Part shown: positions 12,666 to 22,924 of the stretch, piece by piece
Layout of the letters: every line of letters starts with the position of its first letter
Position numbering within the stretch: position 1 is the stretch's first letter
NCBI GenBank assembly: GCA_002189035.1
Contig: NEEC01000012.1
Coordinates: 3,162,001 to 3,226,000 of the forward strand
DNA: 64,000 nucleotides
Direction: 5' to 3'
Source of the DNA: Utricularia gibba
Taxonomy: Eukaryota; Plantae; Magnoliophyta
Translations under genes and position numbers: made by a program
Notes under the pieces: generated by a model
The model's input: the letters and a program-made list of their open reading frames with translations, nothing else
Told to the model about the DNA's origin: nothing
The model's database searches: none

Positions 12666-14578
12666 TTACATGAGCCTGAGAACCTTTTGGCCGAAGGCAA
12701 TGCCAATGAAATTTGCGACGGCGATGCCGAAGATCCCCGAGAGGATGGCGGGGACGACCAGGGAGTTCCAGCCCTTTGCATTGGCCATCGCACAGGCCGT
12801 CGTCGGCCCCCCGATGTTGGCGTTCGATGCTACAAGCAGTAGCTTTAGGTCAAACCGGAGCAATCTCCCGAGCCCAAGAACAACAGCGAGATGGACAGCG
12901 ATCTGAACAAGGGCGAACAGGAAGATGCTTGGCGCTGTGTTCAACACATTCCGGATGCTCCCACTAGCTCCCACGGCGGTGAAGAATACCTGAACGTGGT
13001 GCTGGAAATTGAGGTGAGATCTCGGAGAAGGAAGAGGGAAGACGTAGGTGTGGGACCTGAGACCTGCAGAAGTATCACGGCCATGGCTTCACCAGCAGGA
13101 GCAAGATATGCAAAGTGGTACGGAAACGCGGTTGCTAGAACGACGGCCAATGCTGTAATCGCCGGAAGGTCGCCGCCCCGGATACCGAAGTAGTTCGTCA
13201 CAAATTTGGCAGTTGTGCATATGATGAAGGACACTGAAAGGGCTGTGGCTGTCTGCAGCACAGGCAGCTTGCTGATGGAGTTCTGATTACCTGTGCTCTC
13301 TGCCTCTGCCACAAGAAGAACACAAGGATGGATAATAACATTGAAATAAAAGAAGATCAGGGTGCAAAGGGAAGGCGGTTGCACCGGAGGCAATCTCTGA
13401 TGAGGGTTCTGCAGGAATTTTCGATCCCAGAGCGAATAATATGGTGAAGTACAAAGCGCAGATCACGTTATCTACTGCGACTCCAGCCGCCAAAACTGAA
13501 GGAGAGACCTGTAGAGCTTCAGATATGGCAACATAATTCACAGCTGCCCAAGACAAACAACCAAGAAATAAGTGAACTGTCACATGAGAGAAGAGCTAAG
13601 AGAGGAGGTTGGTGTTCTGTTCAGAAGAAAATGGAACCCACATCCACCAATATAACTTCCCATCAGGGCAGCTGCCACCTTCCAGCTATCCTGCCCAAGT
13701 GATCGCATCGGCACAGCCATGAAAGCCACCGCGGTTCCCACCGTTGTTGCAACTGGAGATACACATGTGTGAGAACAAGTCACTGGTGAGTAAGCAACCC
13801 ATCCGTTGACAGCATAGGCTTCTCCCTATACAGATGGCCATCTCCTCAACCCCAGCTACTACCCTTCATGAAAAGTGGGAGTTTTGAGGAAAATTCTGAC
13901 CTGAACCAATCAAGAAAGCTAGGAGCAATGCACCAGTTGAACGGACAATTCTGCGAATATCTGCCCTGAAAAGCAGTAAAGGAACAGCCAACGGCAACAG
14001 GAACTCCATCACAATATTAAGAGCTGGAGCTTCACTCCCTATGAATCCGAGGCTACTCGCAGCAAGACCCACCATGGTACTCACCAGTGCGCTACTTAAC
14101 ATGCTCCCAATCTCAGTTTTCTCTGACCTTCAAGACATATGTGGACAATGATGAAATTTAAACATCTCCAGCTAAACAAAGCAGAGAAACTTTGTCTGCT
14201 GAAACCCAGTAAATAGCAACAGGATTGCACATGGGGCTGGAGAATGCGGAGGTTTCCCAGATTTAACAATCTTTTACACAGCATAAGAGGGTCGCCAGGC
14301 AATGAAAAGAAAATGAGCATGAAGCAGCCAATCAATATTCACCATATGCCGAAAGCGCCTATGGCGAAAAGGGCCGTCCACATGCCCCATTGATCGTCTG
14401 GAGAAACGATGGGCAATCTGAGCTGATTGGGAGTGCTCCTCAATAGCAACGGTTTAAAGCCTACTCTACGACAACCAGAAATGGAATATGAAAACGATGA
14501 AGATGAGGTTTGTAGAAGTGGAGAGGATCGGATGGAAGGAGGGCCGTAAGGGTGACCGGAGAAAAGCACGAAAGACAT
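12666..14578 (-). CDS. DUF819 (YjcL-like) multi-pass membrane protein with transit-peptide-like N-terminus; 6 exons
   Basis: ISPDDQWGMW..LFAIGAFGIWSEKT, LPLAVPLLLFRAD, SYIGGSVNYVA, LLVASNANIGGPTTACAMA. Exons splice in phase. Confidence 0.92.
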
Positions 14579-14689
14579 TTCCCGGTGGCCGCTGATGGGG
14601 GATGGCCGGAGAATGACGACGACGATAAGATCACTTACATACAGAAGCCAAACCCAAACAGGTACGCGCTGTTTTTATGAGCAAGTCCA

Positions 14690-14766
14690 GCCCATTTCAA
14701 AATAGCCTTTGGATTATTGGGCCCAATGCGGGTAATGGCCCAATAAAAAGGACAACGATAGGCCCA
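14690..14766. promoter_or_regulatory. Site II (GGCCCA/AGCCCA) cluster, DUF819 promoter
   Basis: Four site II motifs (about 14690, 14718, 14737, 14761) within 190 bp of the DUF819 ATG. Confidence 0.55.
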
Positions 14767-14928
14767 GCTCAATTTATGATGCCCTAATTTGGCTAAAGCG
14801 AGCTCGTCAAGGGAGATTCCATGTCGTTCCGATCGATGAATTGAAGTGAAAGAAACGTGAAATTCAGAAAAACATCAAGGGTTGGTTACACATGCATGCA
14901 TGCAGACAGACATGGCGCACATTCTTTT

Positions 14929-15900
14929 TCAGTTGGCAAGGCTACTGGCTATCTGGAGTAGATGGTGGCAAAGCTGATGGGGTTTGGAGATCATGGCCAT
15001 GTGGTCACTCCCCTCCATCTTCTTCACTTCATCCACTCCGCACTTTTCTGTCATCAACCGTTGGGAGCTCACCGGAATCGTCTTGTCCTCCCCGCACAGG
15101 ATGTAGACTTTCTTCACTGCTCCAAAACCCTTCTTCGAGAATGTGTTCCTCCAAGACTCTTGTTCCAGAAACAGAGTGCTTGGTCGCACCAGCAGTTTTG
15201 CTAATTCTGCATCCTGTTCAGATCAAGATAACGGTGATCGGAACCCTAAAGCTTCTGTCAAGAGTATTGGAGTGATGGGAAGGAAGCGAACCTCGGGAGG
15301 GGACAACGAGTAGAGCCTTGAAGTGATGAAGTTTGGACCGAAGAGCATTGATGTGAAGCGAAGACCTGCTGAAGTCTCCAGTTTGGTGAACACGGAATCC
15401 AGAAAGTCTTCCTCCCGATTCTCCTCCAAGAACTGCAAGTATGATGAAACCCTTTGCAATTCGCATTTCCAGAGTGTCTTCCTGGTGTCGTGAAGATGCT
15501 CGGAGGGTGAGGGAAAAAATGAAGTTACCTTGTTCGGCCAGTAGGAGGGTGGGCGGACCGGATCCGGCAAAATAGCAGTCACAAACACACCCACATGTAT
15601 CTTCTCCGGGAACTTCTCCATGGCGAGGCTGATGTTAAGGCCGCCCTGGCTGTGCCCAACGAGGATCACTTTCTCCGACGAGTCGAGCGACTCCATCACA
15701 TCCAGCAACGGGCGCGTGTAGTCCTCGAAGTTGTTGAGATCCCGTAGACTCGTGGAATCGACGCCGGACGCCGTCATGTCGAGGGCGGTGACACGGAGGC
15801 CCGCCGCCTCGAGCAGCGGCTTAAGTTTGTACCAGCACCATGCACCATGGCACGCTCCATGGACGAGGACGACATGGTGCACGTCTTCTTTGGATGACAT
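14929..15900 (-). CDS. MES: Methylesterase (SABP2/MES family alpha/beta hydrolase), 265 aa; exons 15900-15529, 15432-15292, 15213-14929
   Basis: VLVHGACHGAWCWYK, nucleophile motif GHSQGG, CGED and SDHMAM complete the catalytic triad. The 3-exon structure is typical of MES genes. Confidence 0.93.
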
Positions 15901-17436
15901 CCGGCAGCGAGGGGGTGCGCGTCCACGCAGGTGCGTGAGCGGAAGAAATATAGACGCCGGCAAGTGCAGTTACAGACACGTAAGGGACACCGTGTGAATA
16001 TACTCGGCAGCATATCCAAATGTGGTCGGACACGCGGACTCAGCACACGCCCCATTGTCAGGGCACGCAGCGCAGGGGCAGCAGAAGACAGCATTAAATA
16101 ACTCGGGCACCCCACCTGCCATGGCCGGTTTCCATTCGGTGCCGACTGCTCGATTCGCTCTTAAATTCCAAGATGACGCAGAAAAGTGCAGTCATCCCTC
16201 ATGCATGCAGTTGCAGTTGGGCCACTTGGAATCCGATGTATAAAAAACTGGAACAATCCGACAAAGGGTTTAATCACTGTGCAATAGCGCATAGCCACTC
16301 TGTCATGAAGATCATCAATACACCGCGGCTGTTATGTTTAAATAATTTTCTTAATTTTTGAAGATTATATGATTACTTAAACCTTTGTTTCAGAGATTAG
16401 ATAAAAAAACTATTTAAAAAAATTTATATTATTCACTTTCTATTTATTCTAAAAATATAATTATATCATAACATAAAATTATATAATAATTTAATATATT
16501 AATCTTTACAATATATGTTTTATTTTATTAAAATTTTATAATATAATTTTAAGTTATTCCATAAAACAGTTTTACAATCTTAAAATTGATTTTATTCTAC
16601 ATAATTTGAAGCATAGCTTTGAATTATAGAACACGTCCACCGATTTTCTTAGAGAGAATCGCGACGTTGATTTGGATTTTTAACCATTTAAAACTTGAAT
16701 CAATGAGCTTTATTAACTTCACTTAATGGAAAACAAATCGGGTATAGGCAACGAATTAAGCACAAAACCCTCTTCTCAACTCAAGCTCAAAGCACACTAC
16801 GTTTTTGGGTCCTCGAATCGTTCAAAGGACACGATCCAAAAACACTTGGAAACCGGTTGTCTCTTGATCAGTGATCCAAATACGACACACTCCATGGAGA
16901 CGCAGCGTCAGTTTGTGGAGTTTTGGGGGGAGAGAATGATGACAACGAGAAGGGAGTAGGAGTTGATAATCAACACTGGGCTGCTGATTAGGGCTTCACT
17001 CTCGGGGTGATAATCATCAAAGAATCTGCTTCGAGAATCTCAGCGCAAGGAAAAAGATGAGAATTTTACACACCCCCACATGAGTTACGAAAGCGCAACT
17101 TACAGTGGCAATTATTTGCTAGATGATCCGATGGTCTTGTGGGTTGCTTCCACCCATTCCAAACTGCTGGTTTGAAGCCGCAGTTGCATTCATATTCTGA
17201 TTCTCGCGGTGTTGGGCAAAGGGAGGAGGTTGAAGATGATAAATAAACCATGATGGTGTGTTGGATGCCAGAGGGAGAGTAAAGGTGTGGCGTTTCTCAT
17301 ATTTCAACAGGCAGTAGTAGCAGTAGAATTCTACCAAGAGGCTCCCTCGACTACACACATACTATCTCCTCCTATACTATAGTATACTGAATGGAACTTT
17401 CCAGAAACAAACTCGCTTCAGTGTACGGAAACTTAA

Positions 17437-17775
17437 TCAAAACCTGGGCTTCTTCTTCTTCTTGGGGCGATCCTCCCCCAAGCCACCCGTCCTTCGATAG
17501 ACATCCACGATTGATCCAAATCTCGGCTTCACCCGCGGCAAAACGTCGTCGTCCGATGAAGTTTCGGAACCAATTATATTAACCGAGCTCGTCGAAGACG
17601 TCGTCGTGTCGCAGAGGCTTCGTTTTTCCTCCTCCTCGTCGTTACCCTCCTCCGCCGCGAAATTCACCCAGACGACGGGGAAATCGGCGGCGCAACCGTC
17701 TCTGAGATGGATTAACTGCACGACGGCGTTAATCTCCAGACTGGTGAGACGCACATCCATGCCCAATTCTTCCAT
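17437..17775 (-). CDS. Small uncharacterised intronless protein (112 aa)
   Basis: GC-rich codon usage; E..AVVQLIHL helix, acidic/Ser tract, PRFGSIVDVYRRT and C-terminal NLS-like RPKKKKKPRF. Confidence 0.7.
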   Translation of the reverse strand: MEELGMDVRLTSLEINAVVQLIHLRDGCAADFPVVWVNFAAEEGNDEEEEKRSLCDTTTSSTSSVNIIGSETSSDDDVLPRVKPRFGSIVDVYRRTGGLGEDRPKKKKKPRF

Positions 17776-19080
17776 AAAAATGGTTTATTTATCGAGCGGA
17801 AAATGAAAATAAAAATGGAGACCCAAATTAGGGGAATCTTAATCCAGGGACCAAGGGACGCGATTGCGTAGCGTATGCCTGCATCTTAATCCCCCACGGA
17901 TTGACGATAATGCCCATCGCCGTCAGCCTGCCACCGAGGGCCAAAATTGGAATTTCCTACACACTCGAACCGCCTCAAGTTCCCCCACGACCCACATTTA
18001 AAAAGCGCCCACAAAAACAAATTCGATTAACGCAATTTTATTTCCAATTAATCTGATTTATGGGAAAAGCGTGTCCTCGCGGGCCCCACTCCTCCCGGTT
18101 TTCCGGTAACGGCTCTAATGTGATTTCAGCGCCGTCTCTCTCTCTTCTTGGATTACGACTCGACTCGACTCGGCTCGGCTGACCCCATAAAATTTATAAA
18201 ATAAAATTCATTACAAAATGAAATTTATAAAATAATTCAAATGCCACATACACACCTTCCCTGTTGTGTCTGTGTCTACGTCATTTCGAGTATTTTCTTA
18301 CTGCACGTAGCATGTAATATTTATTTTATTTCAAGTTTCACATATTGTTTTGCTGCCGTGTCCGTGTCTACGACGTGTCATCCATAGACATGTTGCACCG
18401 GCACCTCCCCTGTCGCCGTTCGCGTGACATTGCACCGCCGCACCTGGGATTCATTTTCGGGGCTGGGCGCTCAAGGGTTTGGCAGCAACGACGAGCCCCT
18501 TTCACTGCTCCGACCATCGAAGCCTTTGCTCCGGCGAAGCTGTAGAAGCAAGAAAGGATTAGACTTGATGACGAAAGTGAAAGAAAGAAAAGTGCTTTCG
18601 CAGATAACCAGATGACCAACTAGATAGACATCTTCCAATGTGTCACCTGAGCTCAGATATCAAAAGTTGCACGGTTTCAATCCAACTCAGAAGGGATGAA
18701 GCTATCCCAAAAAAGTTAAGGATCACAAACAAATGCCACGCTAGTTTAACTACCTACAAAAGTTTCGAAGATGTATCTGGCTTTGGCATCAGAGCTTTCT
18801 AATGCTTGATATTACTGACATAACGTGGTTTTATGTACTCAGAAACAGATAGCAGATGTAAGGGGGAAACCAAGGGGATAAAGAAAGGCAAGAAAGTATG
18901 GAAGTTACCATAGAAGGGTATGACTAGCTGACGATTGTTTTGAAGGTTCTCAAACAGGCGCCATCATCTGCGCACCAAGAGGAACCATTTCAACTAAGCA
19001 TCCACCTTGACACTTGCATTGTGTTTCGATGAAGTTGGTGCCTTTGATGGCAATAACCCAAGGAGACACTATTCAATGCC

Positions 19081-20649
19081 TCAACCTGCGATTTCATTCG
19101 CCTTATTGGCCATGCCAGCCTTTCTAAGGCAAGATGACAAAGAATTTAAAGTAATATCATCAGGCACGCAACCGACTGACAACATCTTTTCATAGATGGC
19201 AATAGCTTCATGCATTCTTCCTTTCATACAGTGCCCGAAAATGAGAATGGTAAAGGTCATCTTGTCATGGATGGACCCTTTAGCCTCCATTTCTGCAATA
19301 ATTAAGTTTGCCTCATCTACATTACCAGCTTTACAAAATCCATCAATAATCGGGTTGTAGACAAATGGGCGGGGCACAATTTCTCGCTGCAGATTCATTT
19401 GCTTCAGAAAGTCTCGAGCTTCATTTAATCTGTTTCCTCTGCAGAGAGCACTGATCAGAATGGAGAAGGTAAATAAATTGGGAGCCACTTTTCTCTCGTT
19501 CATTTCATGCAGAATGAGCATTGCTTTCTCTAATTCTCCATTTCGGCAATGACCTTCGATGAGAGAAGAGAAGGTGACAACATCAGGATGAACACCACCA
19601 CTGACCATCCTCTCATAAATCTTGTGTGCAGACGCCATGTCACCCATTTTTCCGAATCCATCAATGAGAGTATTATAAGTAAAAGAATTAGGTCCAATCC
19701 CATCCTTAATCATCTCATCAAGCAGAGCTTCAGCCATGCCCATTTTTCCTGATTTGCAGATTGCAGAAAGAATGGATGTGTATGTCACTACATTTGGCCA
19801 TAGCCCATCTTGCAATTTGACCTCCCCCAGTAACTCCTTTGCTCTATCGACATTCCCAACACTACACAAACCTTTAATCAGAGTGTTGAAGGTGACTATG
19901 TCAGGATGACAATCAAAATCCCTCATGACACCAAAAAATTCAAAAGCCTCCTCAATCATTCCCTTAAGGCACAAACCTCTCAGAACAATATTGAAGCTAC
20001 AAGTGTCGGGCCACAAGCTGCGTAGCCTCAGTACATGACCTTTGAAAAAAAACACTGCCTCCTCTACAAGATTTCTACTCACTAGAATGTTCAAAAAATT
20101 GTTATATACAAGTGGACTAACTCTTTTCCCCTGCTGCAAGCAAAACTCGGCTCTCGAGACCAAAAATTCTTGAGCTACACTAATTTCTCCAGAAGCAGCA
20201 AAGTTCGAGACTACAAAATCTAAATTATTAGATCGGGGCAGTGGAATGCCATCATCCTTTATATACTCGAAAACTACCTTTGCTGAGCTATGAAGCCCCC
20301 TTCGACTGAGTGATCTCAGCAGAAAATGAAACGTGAATTCCAAGTGAGTGAGATTCAAGCTGAGCCTTGCGCACTGAAAAAAAATGAATGCTAAATCCAC
20401 TTTATTCAGACTACTGCTCAGATGATTAACCACCGCGCAAGCTACATATGGAGTCAAATGCTGTCTGAAATAATCAGTGTCCAAAAATTTGAGGTTATGG
20501 GAGTTACGAACACAAAGAGTGCAGGCAACCTTTATAAACCAAAGGGTAGACGCAGGAGACGCGTTGTCTGATACTCTCCTGGCGTTAGCATGAAACAAGG
20601 CAGCAGAGGAAACCCCGTGAATCGGCCGCCTCCGAACCCAAAATCGCAT
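19081..20649 (-). CDS. P-class pentatricopeptide repeat protein (At2g06000-like), intronless, 522 aa from ATG 20649
   Basis: About 10 tandem 35-aa PPR motifs (PDIVTFNTLIKGLC, PNVVTYTSIL, PRPFVYNPIIDGFCKAG, DKMTFTILIFGHCMKGRM). Confidence 0.95.
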   Translation of the reverse strand: MRFWVRRRPIHGVSSAALFHANARRVSDNASPASTLWFIKVACTLCVRNSHNLKFLDTDYFRQHLTPYVACAVVNHLSSSLNKVDLAFIFFQCARLSLNLTHLEFTFHFLLRSLSRRGLHSSAKVVFEYIKDDGIPLPRSNNLDFVVSNFAASGEISVAQEFLVSRAEFCLQQGKRVSPLVYNNFLNILVSRNLVEEAVFFFKGHVLRLRSLWPDTCSFNIVLRGLCLKGMIEEAFEFFGVMRDFDCHPDIVTFNTLIKGLCSVGNVDRAKELLGEVKLQDGLWPNVVTYTSILSAICKSGKMGMAEALLDEMIKDGIGPNSFTYNTLIDGFGKMGDMASAHKIYERMVSGGVHPDVVTFSSLIEGHCRNGELEKAMLILHEMNERKVAPNLFTFSILISALCRGNRLNEARDFLKQMNLQREIVPRPFVYNPIIDGFCKAGNVDEANLIIAEMEAKGSIHDKMTFTILIFGHCMKGRMHEAIAIYEKMLSVGCVPDDITLNSLSSCLRKAGMANKANEIAG

Positions 20650-21528
20650 TTTCCTGGCACCACCCAATATTTTATAAAGTGTTTGTAACAGAGAAAGACT
20701 AACGTGCAAAGGAACGAGAAAACTCACCAGGCACGCCTTCCCGTGCCGGAAACTCTTTCTTTTCCCCAGAAAATCCAATACCAGATAGTGTCAAATAGAG
20801 CGGATTCACAAAAATACCAATTTGGGATCTGGGTTGTTTGGAATTGCCCTCGATTCTGGGCACGAGCAACACCCGCAAGACGGACTGATTTGGAAAAACA
20901 CCACGGGAAGAAGGATGGCGGAAGTAGGAAGAAGAAAGTGGAAAAAGGTTCACTTCTCCAATTCGGGCCGGAGGCCCATGATCCGTGCAAAAATGGAAAA
21001 TCATCACTCGGATTCCTAATAATAAGAATATTTGATATAGATAAACGTTAATTTATATAAAAAATAAATAATTTTAAAAAATGATTTATCATATATAAAA
21101 TTAAATAATAAATTTATCCATAAAAAGAGATAGAATAAGAATGATACTTATCTTTTCATATCATAAAATTTTTTAAATATAGTTTGTATTTCATCATGAA
21201 ATATTTAATCTATAACATGAAATGTCACTTTACCAAATCAATGATTAACGTATACTTTAATATGACACGTAATACACAATGCCGCAAACGCAACGCACGA
21301 CGGAGGATGAGGCTGAGAAGAAAGTCGGGTCAACAACGAAGCGCAGCAGTTGATTTCTTTTTTTTTTTTTTTTTTTTGTGGCGTTGCAAGCGAAGAAGCT
21401 TTCATCGAGAGGTCCCTGATTCGACGTCATGCTTTGCTTCTCTATGCATTTAAAGATGGAGGGTGCTTCATGCTGTCTCATCTCACCCCATTTGCGTTGC
21501 TCTGCTCTTCTCACCGTAACTGGTGCAG

Positions 21529-22256
21529 ATGAAGGTACTGCATAGACTAGTCTTCTGCTTGACTTCGAGTCTTCTGCTTGACTTCGAGTCTTCTTCGGAG
21601 ATCCATCTCCTCCTCCTTCACTGATGTAGTCTTGGGGCTTCTGATTTCTTACATGGGAACCATGTAGTTTCTCTGTGTGGTCTTTGTGTGCTACTGCTAC
21701 TGCCACTGCCACTCATCCCTTGCTTTGGGAACCATCTGTGTTTTTGGTTTGTTTGCAGAAACTCGTGCTGAAACTGAACTACTCCATTGACAAAACGAAG
21801 CAAAGGGTGATGCGGAAAGCGTCAGGGATACCAGGTTCTATTACTATTTTGATAGTAGTTTTTTGGATCGTGAGATAGTTTCATGCACTCGGGTTTGTTT
21901 GTTTGTGTTTATCAGGGCTGGAGTCCCTTTCCCTGGATCCGAAAGACAAAAGGCTGACTCTGACGGGAGACATCGATCCAGTGGAAGTTGTGGAGAAGCT
22001 GAGGAAGGTGTGTAGTTCGGAGATCGTCTCCTTTGAGCTGGGCAAGGAACCGGAGAAGAAGAAGGAAGAAGGCAACAAAGACGACAAGAGCAAGAAAGAC
22101 CAAGTACCAGAGTGGCTCAAAATTGCTTATCAGCAACAAGCAGCATACAACGCCATGGCTGCGGCGGGGTATTACTACCAGCCGCTGGTGATGGGAGGGT
22201 ATTTTCATCACAACAGAAGCGTGGAGGAGGATCCCAGCAGCTGCGTTATCTCTTGA
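21529..22256 (+). CDS. HIPP: Heavy-metal-associated isoprenylated plant protein (HIPP39-type, no CxxC); coding exons 21529-21534, 21759-21834, 21916-22256
   Basis: MK|KLVLKL..KTKQRVMRKASGIPG|LESLSLD..LTLTGDIDPVEVVEKLRK is an HMA-like fold; C-terminal CaaX motif SSCVIS*. Confidence 0.88.
21550..21594. repeat. Perfect 19-bp tandem duplication in HIPP intron 1
   Basis: gtcttctgcttgacttcga twice, plus a partial third copy gtcttct. Confidence 0.9.
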
Positions 22257-22924
22257 AGTAATTCGCATCTCTGTGCAGGTAGAAGTAGCTCCTTCTGCTT
22301 TCTGTCTCTTTGAATCTGCAGGTGTGTGCTTGTTTTCCTTTTTGTTTCTGGGAACTGTCTGCTTCTTGATGCAAGACTTCGAATGGGATTCGGACAAGAT
22401 GAAGTACGCCACGTAAGAGATGTCAATTGTTACTGAAGCATTAGCTAAGCCGTCACACGTAGCAATTTTTTCCAAAGTAGATACAAAACGCAAGTCCAGA
22501 ATTCACGACCTGTCGCTTTAGAAAAAGTAACGGAAACCAATTAGGCTTTAAATAATACAGGAGTCAATTTATACTATACAATTCATTTGAAGCATATATT
22601 TAATCGTCACCAGAATCAATTCTTGCAGGAATGACGTGTTTCCAAACATATCCTTAATGTAAACAAAGAACGCGTATAAATAGCACAGAAATATAAACAG
22701 GAGTAAAAGGAAGCATCTAGTGCAGTGCACTATGGATGATCAATAGATGCGTTGGGAGAACTCACAACTCTGTGTGACGCAGACTTGCTGTTCTTGTTTG
22801 CTTTAGCTTGCCCTTCGAGAAATTCCTCGCGGTGCCTGTGCACTCTTGCTGTTACTCAGAAACAACTTGAAGGGGCAGAGGATGAGCCATCCTTGACATA
22901 GGGCGTACAAACCAAGCAAGTGGA

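Noticed and set aside
16936-17017. TGACAACGAGA matching the 5' half of miR535, with a weak fold-back
   Set aside because: The 3' half diverges strongly, and manual pairing leaves too many mismatches for a miRNA duplex.
20650-20778. 43-aa N-terminal extension of the PPR in the ORF track
   Set aside because: It begins at a non-ATG codon; MRFWVRRR at 20649 looks like the organellar targeting start.
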